39,170 nt of DNA from a virus. Its lineage: Duplodnaviria; Caudoviricetes. The notes under the pieces were generated by a model. The model saw only the letters and a list, made by a program, of their open reading frames with translations, was not told where the DNA came from and did not search any database. Every line of letters starts with the position of its first letter. Positions within the stretch are counted from its first letter, which is position 1. Where the stretch lies: positions 1-39,170 of IMG/VR virus record IMGVR_UViG_3300030433_003259, one strand, 5' to 3'. The translations under genes were made by a program, and so were the position numbers. Positions 18,033-28,900 of this stretch are shown piece after piece.

Positions 18033-21000
18033 TGTAGATGGAAGTGAGTTGTATGTTGTACTTGCTCCCGAACTATATCTATTGTTGCCTGCTAATGGAC
18101 CCTTAGGTGATGCAGTGGCAGTATCATTAGAGTAGTCAATACGATCTACTCTTGAACTCGCAGGAATACTACCACAAAAATATCCATAAGATTGACTTCC
18201 AGTAGATGCTTGTCCATAGACAGCAACACTTAGATTCCCTTTTGCTACTGCCGTTGCAGTATCATTAGAATAATCAATACGGTCTACTTTTGTTGAGTTA
18301 TAAGGTCTACCTCCAGCAATCCATGCATAAGAAGAATTACCAATAGAGTCGGATGCATTACCATGAACTGCACTTAAATTACCTTTTGCTACAGCATTTG
18401 TAGTATCACTGGCATAATCAGTACGATCTACTTTTGTGCTTGTGCCAGAATAAGATGGCATACTCGTAGATCCACCTATCCAATATCCATAACTATTTGT
18501 ACCAGTGGCAGATCCCGTTCCAAATCTATTGGTAGTATAAGATCTCCTTGAAGCATTTGCAGTATCATTGGAATAATCTATTCTGTCGATCTGACTAAAC
18601 GATTCATAATATCCACTTGGAGCCGGAACACTGTAGAGTTTATATCCACCAGCAGTCCATCCATAATCATGATTACCCGTAGCACATGAATTATATCCAC
18701 CAACACTACCAGTTGGTCCACCAGCTCCAATAAGAACTGTATTGTATGCACCTCTGAAAACCATTGCTGCCGTTTCATTAGAATAATCAAAACGTTGAAA
18801 TGATACAGGTGAAGGACTACCAAGGTTCGCAGCATATGCATAATTTCTATTACCAACGGCAAAGTTATAATAGAGACTTGGACTTGATCCTGCGGGAGTA
18901 CCTCTCACCACTGCGGTGGCAGTATCATTATTAAAATCAATACGTTGTGGAGGTTCATTACTTGAAGGACTAGAAGAGGGATTACTACCACCAAAGATAT
19001 AACCTCTATAATGTTGTGCTCCAGTTTGTACCGGAGTATTTGAAACGACTGATGGACCTAATATTGGACCAAATGCGTTATCTCTCGCACTTGCTGCAGC
19101 ATGATATCTTCTAAAGGCAGTCAATGGTCCTTTTCCTGCTGCCGTTGCAGTATCATTAGAATAATCAATACGGTCTATGTCTGAGTAATTAGAATTAGCA
19201 GGAATGTCACCACCAGCAAAGTATCCAAAAGAACTACTACCTGTTGCTCCAAGATTTGCTCTGGCAGTTTTTAATGGTCCTTTTGGTGATGCCGTTGCCG
19301 TATCATTAGAATAATCAATACGGTCTACTGTTGATCTTCCGACGCTTGTTGCATTTCCACCACCAAAGTAACCAAAGGAAGCATTACCTGATGCTGTCAA
19401 CTCCTGCCTAGCAAGACTCAATGGTCCCTTAGGTGATGCCGTTGCGGTATCATTAGAATAATCAATACGATCTACTTTTGATCCCGCGGGATCACCACCA
19501 CCAAAATAACCAAAGTCCTGATTACCTGTTGCTCCCATGGATCGTTGGGTAGCACTCAATGGACCTTTTGCTACTGTGGTGGCAGTATCATTAGAGTAAT
19601 CAATACGATCTATCTTTGATGAAAACGACGCCGCAGGAGTGATAATATAACCACCAGCAAAGTAACCAAATGAAGCATTACCCGTTGCTGTCAATGTAGT
19701 TTTAGCAGCACTCAATGGTCCTTTAGGTGATGCCGTTGAAGTGTCATTAAGATAATCAATACGATCTATTGTTGATATATGAGAACTAGGTAAAGGACCA
19801 CCACCACCAAAGTAACCATGTGTGGAACTACTTGTTGCTGCCAAATTATGTCTAGCAGCACTTAATGAACCTTTTGCTAATGCGGTTGCGGTGTCATTAG
19901 AGTAATCAATACGATCTACTGATGATATTGGACTAGAAGGGTTATTACGACCACCACCAAAGTAACCGAAGTGAGGAGTTGCATAAGTTCCACTTAAGAG
20001 AGTTTGGAATTGAGGATGTCCATATTCTTTCGGACTTGCTGCTCTCATACCATTTCTACCATCCGATAATGGTCCTTTTGGAGAAACTGATGCAGTATCA
20101 TTGGCAAAGTCAATGCGATCTATCGATGATATTGTTCCCGGTTGTCCACCAGCAATATATCCAAAACTTGATGATCCAGTACTTCCAGGATAATTCTTAG
20201 CATTAGAACGTAGTGAAGAAGTAACTACTGTTGTCGTATCACTAGAATAATCAATACGTTCTAAGTAAGTCGTGTTTTGATTTCCTCCACCAAAGTATCC
20301 AAAGTTAGCATTACCAAGAGCTGCGGCATGATTTTTAGTATATGTGAGGTTAGCTACTGATGGTGCCGTTGCCGTATCATTGGAGTAATCAATACGTTGA
20401 ACAAGAGTTTTATTACTTCCAACGGCATATCCAAAATTATCATTTCCTGAGGCACTCATGTATGCACCACCTGCAGATAGAGCACCTTTTTCTACTGAAG
20501 TACTAGTATCATTGGAAAAATCTACTCGATCTATTTTTGCATTGCTTGGTGCTGTACCATATCCACCACCATTGTAGGCAAAATTAAGATTACTTACACC
20601 AAAGTGTGCTCTTCTAGAATAAACCAAAGGTCCTTTTGGAACAGGCATGGTAGATCCATTAGTGAATGTCATTCTTTCAACATTAGATATGTTAGCATTA
20701 CTAGTAAAACCACCCATAAAGTAAGCATGAGTATTATTACTTGCCGCACCATTCGACAGATATGTTGCCGCAGCCGTAGATGATTTGTATTCGGCAGTAG
20801 CAGTATCATTAGAGTAATCAATACGATCTACTGTTGTCATAACACCAGGACCTGGACTTCCATTTGCAAAGTATCCAAAATCAGGGAGTGGATTTGCAAG
20901 ATTTCCAAATGATACTGGTACTTCTAAGTTACCAGGTCCTTTGAGTGGTGTTGCATTTGCTCTAGAGCTAACCCCTGTCACGTAATGTCTAACAACACTC

Positions 21001-22910
21001 AATGGTCCTCTTGGTGATGCCGTGGCAGTATCATTAGAGTAATCAATACGATCTATTGTCGATATTGTAGTAGGAGTATCACCACCAGCAAAATAAAAAT
21101 GGGTAGTACTAGTTGTTGCTGATGCCGACATATATCTTCTAGCGGCACTCAATGGTCCTTTTGCTGATGCCGTGGCAGTATCATTAGAATAATCAATACG
21201 GTCTACTGTTGATATGAATGGGACTCCACCGGGATTCGCACCAGCACCAAAGTAACCGAAAGAAGCATTACCTGTTGCTGCAAGTTGTTGTCTAGCTTGA
21301 CTTAATGGTCCTTTAGGTGATGCTGTTGCAGTATCATTAGAATAATCAATACGATCCACTGATGATGTTGGAAGTGATCCCGGACCATTACCACCACCAA
21401 AGTAACTAAAGTCCTGATTACCTGCTGCTGACAAAAATTGTTTAACAACACTTAAATTACCTTTCAGCACTGCTGTTGCAGTATCATTAGAATAATCAAC
21501 ACGATCTACCGTTGATCTAACACCAGGATTACCACCACCAAAGTAACCAAAGTCCTTATTACCTGATCCTCCATGTGCAGATTTTCTAAAACTTAGTGGT
21601 CCCCTTGGTGATGCCGTTGCTGTATCATTAGCATAGTCAATACGATCTACTGTTGATACACTATCATCTCCAGGACTTCCACCACCAAGATAACCAAATA
21701 AAGCATTACCAGCTCCTGCTGATCGCTCGCAAACACGTGTTATATTTCCTTTAGGTGATGCCGTTGCGGTATCGTTAGAGTAATCGATACGGTCAACAAC
21801 ACTTAACTGATCATCGATTGGATGTTTGCCACCAGCAAAATACCCAGTATCAAATCCTTGTGGTGCTACATTTGGTCTTACTGATGATGCTGGATTTACT
21901 ATGTGTGTAGGATTAGCATTTGCTCTGGAACTTGATGCAGATAATTGAAATCTACCAGAAATTAAAAATCCTTTGTCTTGTGCCGTTGCCGTATCATTGG
22001 AGTAATCAATACGGTCTATTTTTGTACTAGGAGAGGGAAATCCACCAGCAATGTAACCAAAGTTCTGATTACCTGTTGCCGTATGAAGACTATGACCATT
22101 ATTCAACTGTCCTTTTGGTGATGCTGTAGCAGTATCATTAGAGTAATCAATACGTTCTACTGTTGTCTTAGCAGCAGGAACTGATGGTGCACCACCACCA
22201 GTAAGATAACCAAAGTCAGCATTACCCGTTCCTGCTAGACGATATTTGGCAAAATTCAATGGTCCTTTCGGTGATGCCGTTGCAGTATCATTACCATAAT
22301 CAATACGTTCTACGTTTGATGTGTAATCAGGAGCAGTTCCACCAGCAATATAACCAAAGTCTTGATTACCTGTTGCCCCGGCACTTCCTCTGCCAGTGCT
22401 CAATGGTCCTTTTTGTGATGCCGTTGCGGTATCATTAGAATAATCAATACGACTCACTCTCGATACAGTTGAAAAACCACCAATAAAATATCCAAATGAT
22501 TGATTACCTGCTGCCACATGAGAGTAATGAGTTCCACTTAATGGTCCTTTTGCTACTGCTGTTGCGGTGTCATTACCATAATCAATACGCTCTACCCGAT
22601 TATGTGGAGAAGGACGACCACCACCATGATATCCAAAATCTGAACTACCTGTTCCTCGATGGGAATATCTACCCCCTGTTAATGGTCCTTTTGCTACTGC
22701 AGCTGCAGTGTCGTTAGAGTAATCAATACGCTCTACTGTTGATGCAGATTGAGAGGATGCAGGTCCACCAGCAAAATAAGCAGTATCAAATCCTTGTGAT
22801 GAAAGAAAAGAACTCGGAGTCAACCATACATCTCCTCTCGTGGACCATTGTCCCTCTACTTGAAGTCTGTAAATTTGCTCCAGACCAAATACATCTTGCT
22901 TTATTCCCAT
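18030..22910 (-). CDS. giant Kelch-like multi-beta-propeller protein (30 repeats, 5 predicted propellers)
   Basis: Same repeat in five blocks of six. Begins 12 bp after the tail fibre gene. Confidence 0.8.
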   Translation of the reverse strand: MGIKQDVFGLEQIYRLQVEGQWSTRGDVWLTPSSFLSSQGFDTAYFAGGPASSQSASTVERIDYSNDTAAAVAKGPLTGGRYSHRGTGSSDFGYHGGGRPSPHNRVERIDYGNDTATAVAKGPLSGTHYSHVAAGNQSFGYFIGGFSTVSRVSRIDYSNDTATASQKGPLSTGRGSAGATGNQDFGYIAGGTAPDYTSNVERIDYGNDTATASPKGPLNFAKYRLAGTGNADFGYLTGGGAPSVPAAKTTVERIDYSNDTATASPKGQLNNGHSLHTATGNQNFGYIAGGFPSPSTKIDRIDYSNDTATAQDKGFLISGRFQLSASSSRANANPTHIVNPASSVRPNVAPQGFDTGYFAGGKHPIDDQLSVVDRIDYSNDTATASPKGNITRVCERSAGAGNALFGYLGGGSPGDDSVSTVDRIDYANDTATASPRGPLSFRKSAHGGSGNKDFGYFGGGNPGVRSTVDRVDYSNDTATAVLKGNLSVVKQFLSAAGNQDFSYFGGGNGPGSLPTSSVDRIDYSNDTATASPKGPLSQARQQLAATGNASFGYFGAGANPGGVPFISTVDRIDYSNDTATASAKGPLSAARRYMSASATTSTTHFYFAGGDTPTTISTIDRIDYSNDTATASPRGPLSVVRHYVTGVSSRANATPLKGPGNLEVPVSFGNLANPLPDFGYFANGSPGPGVMTTVDRIDYSNDTATAEYKSSTAAATYLSNGAASNNTHAYFMGGFTSNANISNVERMTFTNGSTMPVPKGPLVYSRRAHFGVSNLNFAYNGGGYGTAPSNAKIDRVDFSNDTSTSVEKGALSAGGAYMSASGNDNFGYAVGSNKTLVQRIDYSNDTATAPSVANLTYTKNHAAALGNANFGYFGGGNQNTTYLERIDYSSDTTTVVTSSLRSNAKNYPGSTGSSSFGYIAGGQPGTISSIDRIDFANDTASVSPKGPLSDGRNGMRAASPKEYGHPQFQTLLSGTYATPHFGYFGGGRNNPSSPISSVDRIDYSNDTATALAKGSLSAARHNLAATSSSTHGYFGGGGPLPSSHISTIDRIDYLNDTSTASPKGPLSAAKTTLTATGNASFGYFAGGYIITPAASFSSKIDRIDYSNDTATTVAKGPLSATQRSMGATGNQDFGYFGGGDPAGSKVDRIDYSNDTATASPKGPLSLARQELTASGNASFGYFGGGNATSVGRSTVDRIDYSNDTATASPKGPLKTARANLGATGSSSFGYFAGGDIPANSNYSDIDRIDYSNDTATAAGKGPLTAFRRYHAAASARDNAFGPILGPSVVSNTPVQTGAQHYRGYIFGGSNPSSSPSSNEPPQRIDFNNDTATAVVRGTPAGSSPSLYYNFAVGNRNYAYAANLGSPSPVSFQRFDYSNETAAMVFRGAYNTVLIGAGGPTGSVGGYNSCATGNHDYGWTAGGYKLYSVPAPSGYYESFSQIDRIDYSNDTANASRRSYTTNRFGTGSATGTNSYGYWIGGSTSMPSYSGTSTKVDRTDYASDTTNAVAKGNLSAVHGNASDSIGNSSYAWIAGGRPYNSTKVDRIDYSNDTATAVAKGNLSVAVYGQASTGSQSYGYFCGSIPASSRVDRIDYSNDTATASPKGPLAGNNRYSSGASTTYNSLPST

Positions 22911-22922
22911 TTTACTCTACCC

Positions 22923-25900
22923 TCAAGAAGTTATTTTCTTACCAGAGATAATCACATCAACCGTATTAGTAGAACCAACTTCAACTTCAATCTTGGCACC
23001 TGTTTCTATTCTCTTATGCCTATCCAAAATATCAACAGTAGAATATCTAGGTATAATTAGATTCTTGGCAAGATATGATGTGGTGACACCGTTAGTAATC
23101 TTAATAGAAACTGGGAAGTCTCCAACATCAGTACGGTTGGCAAATCCGATCTTTTCAATCATTGTTGGATTTCCTGTTGATGTATATAGGGTCACAGCAT
23201 CAGTGCTATTAATCGTGGTGCTACTGGCAAATTTGCTGATATAATCGGTGCTTTCAAACTCAGTATAGTTGATATAAACATCAGCTGCATTATTTACACC
23301 AATATAACCGTCATTAGTTGTCCACATCTTAATGACATCTGATGGACCGGCAACGATTGGATTCTTGAGAAGTTCAATCAGACCACCCGTTACGATAGGA
23401 ACATTATATGCGATATAAGTTTGTTCTGCGGCAGTGGCATCCTCAATAGAGGCAATAATATTGACGGTTGTACCCACTCCAACAGACTCATCAACATTCG
23501 CAACACTGATAGACTCAATGACATATTGTCTACCTGATGTTGATGGGAAGGTGAAGACCGAAGTCTCAAAGGACAATGGAGCAATTTGTCTGCTGCTTGT
23601 AATTCCAGTATAGAATTCTGGTGAACCACCGGCAGAAATACCAGTCAGTGCAGAACCATCACCGGCAAAAGAAGTTGCAGTAAGAATTCCTGTAACTATT
23701 GCTCCATCGGCCGTGGTTTCAAGTTTCTTGGAGTTGTCATGATAAAGTTCTACTGCTCCATTTTGAGTATACTTAAAGAAAGTATCAGAATTAGTGTCAT
23801 CTTCCATGGTGAAGACACCAGTGTTCGCATTGATACTAAAATCAATTTGAGATCCACCAGTAGCATCATTGAAAATTAACTTTGGAGCATCAGATGCAAT
23901 TTCAACTGCACCAGTGCCCAGTGAATAAAGTTGAAGATTTTGATTACCAGCAGTCTTAATAATATTATTAGAACCATCATGATAGATTTCTAAATCATCA
24001 CCAGTACCAATCAGAATCTTATCATTGTCCTGCAGGTCCAAGTTAGCATGTAGGGTTACATTACCGGTAATATCAGCAGCACCATCAACATCCAGACTGT
24101 CGCACTGAACCTCACCGGTTACGTCAATACCATAAGATTGAGTAGTGAACTTTAAACTATTATTATGATAAAGTTCTACTGTTCCACCATCATTAAATAT
24201 TGCGGAATTGTTACCAGAAGTATCTTGAATGGCAACAAGAGATTCTGCTCGAATTAATAAGTTACCAGTTCCAGTATCTGAAATATAAGAATTGCTGCCA
24301 TCATGATAAATTGATAAATCTGACGCATCACCGAACGTCACTCTATTAGCACTTGAACTACCACTATCAGGGAATTGAATTAGATTACCATTGGTGTTTA
24401 AATCTCCACCAAGTTGCGGTGTCGTATCATCAACAACATCAGCTGAAATTCCAGTCAGTGCCGAACCATCACCACTGAATGCTGTGGCAGTTAGTGTTCC
24501 AGTTACTGTGGCACCACCACTAGTGGTTTCAAATTTCTTAGAGTTGTCATAATAAAGATCTACTGAGCCATTTTGGGTAAATTCAGCAAGAGTTTCATTA
24601 GCGGATTGATTTTTAAGAACAATTTTCTGAGTGTAAAACTGTATACCATGAATACTACTAGACTGTATTGTGTTTACGCTAGATGTCTGAGATAAAGTAA
24701 GAGTGTTGCTATCCCCGAGTCGGAGATACGTATCACTTGGTACAAATATATTGCCTTGGAGTGTAGTAATACCAGTTACTCTAGCATCACCAACTACGTC
24801 AAGTTTAGAGGTTGGAACGGTGCTGCCGATTCCAACATTTCCTTCAGAAGTAATACGAACTTTTTCTGTTGGTACAATCGCACCATTTGGATTTGTATAG
24901 AATCTAAAATCTGTTGGTTTACTGGTATCACTAAATGTTCCACTTTCAGAAAGGAAGGCACCAAAGAATCCTGCCTGAACTACTTGATTACTAATAGCAG
25001 CACCAAACTTAATTCCACCAATTGGTTCTCCTGGAACTGCAACTGTACCACCACCATTTCCTCCAATTACACCACCCTTAGATCTTATAATAGATACCTC
25101 TGCACCTATATCACTGCCATTAAAATAATTTGCAAAGACTGCTACTTGAGGGTGCCCCTCGGAATGAGCAAATCTTGCAACATCATTAAGATAATAATTA
25201 TTATTATAAAATGATCTGTGGCGGATTTGACTATCTCCAGTATTAATAATAGTACCTTTTTCAACTGCTAATTTTCCAGATATTGTAGAAACACCAGTTA
25301 CTCTAGTATCACCAACTACATCAAGTTTTACTGTTGGATTGGTTGTACCCACGCCAACACTCTCAGTTGCTGAGAATGGTGCCAACTGAATTGTGCCATC
25401 GGCATCAACATCAATTGAAGGAATACCAGAAACATCATTGACTGAGAAGATGCTACCAGAAGTCAGATTATTTGTTACGGAGAATAATTGACCTGCGGAA
25501 CCCTGAATATCAAATGCGGATGTAGCAGTGCCAACATTAATCTCAAGTGTTGATCCTGGAGTTGTGACTCCAATACCCAATCTACCACTAGCATCTATGC
25601 GAGCTCTCTCACTTCCTTCGGTAGTAAACTTGACATGTCCATCAGAACCAGTATCAATAACTTCTACTTCAGTGTTACCCTCAGAAATTTTATCAGGTGT
25701 GGCACCAGCTGGTAAATTAGTTAAGGCAGAACCATCACCACTGAATGCTGTAGCAGTAAGAGTTCCTGTTACTGTGACACCACCAGACTTGGTAGCAAGT
25801 TTCTGAGAACCATAGTGGTAAAGAATAGCCTCACCAGTTGAACCATCAGCACGGAAGTAATCAGCAGTACTACCGGAACCATTATCAGTTGTAATAATAA

Positions 25901-28900
25901 CATCCTGATCATCAGTAGTATTACCAATAGTAATGTTACCAGTACCTTGTTGACTTATATAACTATCAGCACCGTTATGATAAATCTGTAAATCTTGAGA
26001 AGCACCAAATTGCAACCTATCATCAGTTGCACTAGAACTATCACCAAATTGAATTAGATTACCATTGGTATCTAATGTTCCACCAAGTTGTGGTGATGTA
26101 TCACCAACCAAACTTCCAATAGCCCCTACTTGGGATGCAGTGATACCAGTCAGTGAAGCACCAGAACCACTGAATGAGGTGGCAGTTAGTGTTCCGGTTA
26201 CTGTGGCACCACCACTAGTGGTTTCAAATTTCTTAGAGTTGTTGTGGTAAAGTTCTACTGCTCCATCTGCATTGAATATCGCAATATTTTCAGTACCACC
26301 CGATTTTTGGATAGCAAATAAATTACCACCAGGAACGCGAGTAAGTAAGTTACCTGTATTATTGTTTATGTATGAATTCGACCCATCATGATAAATCTCC
26401 AGGTCATTACCAGTACCAAGTTCGATAGTTTCATTATCATTCATGCGTAATCCATCGGCAGTAATAGTTCCAACTACATTGATACCAGTCGAGTTGGTGT
26501 GCAATCTTTGACTACCATAGTGGTACAGGATTGCATCACCAGTACTACCGTCAGCACGGAAGTAATCAGTTAATCCACCAGAACCATCGTCAGACTGAAT
26601 GCGGATGTCACCATCATTAGTATCCTGTCGAATTAGAATATCACCAGTAGAGTTATAGATGTAAGAGTCACTACCGTTGTGATAAATCTGAAGGTCGTTA
26701 CTCGTACCAAAGTTTACTTGAATACTGTCATTAAAGGTTAGGTTACCAGAGGTCTTAGTATCAGCAGCATCACTACGGAGGAAGGAAGTAGAATCAACAC
26801 CATCCAGAGTGGTAGCATCAACAGCAGTTAAGTTTGCACCAGATACTGCGGGAAGAGTAGCAGGGAATCTACCATCAGGAATTGTACCAGAAGCAAGATT
26901 AGATGCATTAAGTGTATCTAAACTTGCACCAGAACCACTAAATGTAGTGGCAGTTATTATACCAGTAATATTGATTCCACCAGTTCCATTAATTAAGTTA
27001 CTGTTGAGATCTAAATTACCACCAAGTTGTGGTGACGTATCAGATACAACATCAGGAATAACACCAGAAAGATTAGTTAGGGCAGAACCATCACCACTGA
27101 ATGCCGTGGCAGTTAAGGTTCCATTAGCAGAATTGAATGTAAGATTAGATCCACTCTTAAGAGCTAAACTTCCTGTTGCTGCTGTGGTGAATATTGGGAA
27201 GCAAGTGGTATCACTCGATTCATCAGCAACTGGAATAGTGGTAGCAGCTGGTAAATTAGTTAAGTTTGCACCAGATATTGCAGGAAGAGTAGCAGGGAAT
27301 CTAGCATCAGGAATTGTACCAGAAGCAAGATTAGATGCATTGAGTGCAGTTAAACTTGCACCAGAACCACTAAATGCAGTGGCAGTAACGATACCAGATA
27401 TAATCTGTTGGCCACCTACAATGTAAATCGTACCAACCATTCCACCATGACTGGTGCACTGATAATACAATCGTGCCGGAGCATCATACTGAACATTGAA
27501 TACTATATTTCCTGATGATGCTCCATTATTAGTTACACCATCATTATATGCCGAACCTCCTGATGATTCACGAATTTGGAATGGATGACTACCACCAGAA
27601 TTATTTGTAAATGTATATCTTTGTCCTCTTACTAAGTAAAGATCAGGATTATCATCAGATCCACTATTACCAGGTCCCGTGAATCTATACGCAGAAGATC
27701 CATTCGCAGTTACTGAGAACGCAGAATTAGAATTAGTATTTGCCGGAGTTCCTGTTAAGGTTGTTGCCGTAACACCATCAATACCGGTTATATTTGTAGA
27801 GTTATCACCTACAATATTTCCATTTGCAGTTATATTACCAGAAACTGTTAGTGATCCAAGTGTTCCCACACTTGTCAATGAAGAATTAACTACACTAGAT
27901 CCTAATGTTGTTGCACTAAGAACTTCTGTTTGATTGATTTGATATCCTTTACCGGATGCAACATTCAGATTTTCACTGGACTTCAGTGATGGATTGGTTC
28001 CACCATTATATTCATAAAGGAAAGTATTGTCAGGACCAATCTGAATACCAGCACCATCCGCTAATGTATCAGTCGTCGCAGTGGATGCAATACCGACAAT
28101 AAAGTCTGCGAGTTCAATTGTTGTAGAATTAATTTGAGTCTGTGTGCCGTCAACAAATAAGTCACCCTTAATTCTTACAGCACCTGTATTATCACCAACA
28201 GCAGCAGGGTCAATAACAAGATTAGATGGACCAGTAATAGTCGCAGTATCTGATGTTCCATTAATAATTGATACACCAATACCGGTAGTTTCAAGTTTCT
28301 TAGATCCATTATAGTTAAGTTCTACTGCACCACCTTCAGTTGCCTTGATCATGGTGGCAGTATTCGCCTGATTATTTAATTTAACAACATTACCAGCAAG
28401 TCTTAAATCTCCAGCACCAACCTCTTGAATGATACTGTTATTACCATCATGATAAATTCTTAAGTCATCACTATCACCAAATAATGCTCTACCAACTGTG
28501 TCTCCAGAACTATCGGGGAAACTTATAGAACCATTGAATGTAGAAACACCCGATACATTGAGATCATCTAACTCAGTCTGACCATCTACATCTAAGTTAC
28601 CATTAGCATCAATAGTACCAGAAACAGTCAAAGAACTTAAAGTTCCGAGTGATGTAATATTAGGTTGAGCAGCAGTATTAACGGTTCCTGCTAAGTTACC
28701 AGTAAATGTTGTGGCAGTAATAGCACCACTTACATTTACATCATCAAGTTCAGTATGCCCATTAACATCTAATTTTCCTATTGGTGCTGCACTTCCGATA
28801 CCAATGGCATTTTGAACAAATAATGTAGATCCAAATGAAACGTTTTTGTTTACACCAAATCCACCATTGACATTAAGAGCTCCTGTATCAGGATCTCCTA

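Noticed and set aside
2900-22910. CRISPR-like array: conserved ~30 bp DNA repeat (gtatcattagaataatcaatacg...) with variable spacers at ~150 bp period
   Set aside because: The repeats are in-frame codons of RIDYSNDT with third-position variation inside long ORFs. The spacers are too long and themselves homologous, and there are no cas genes.
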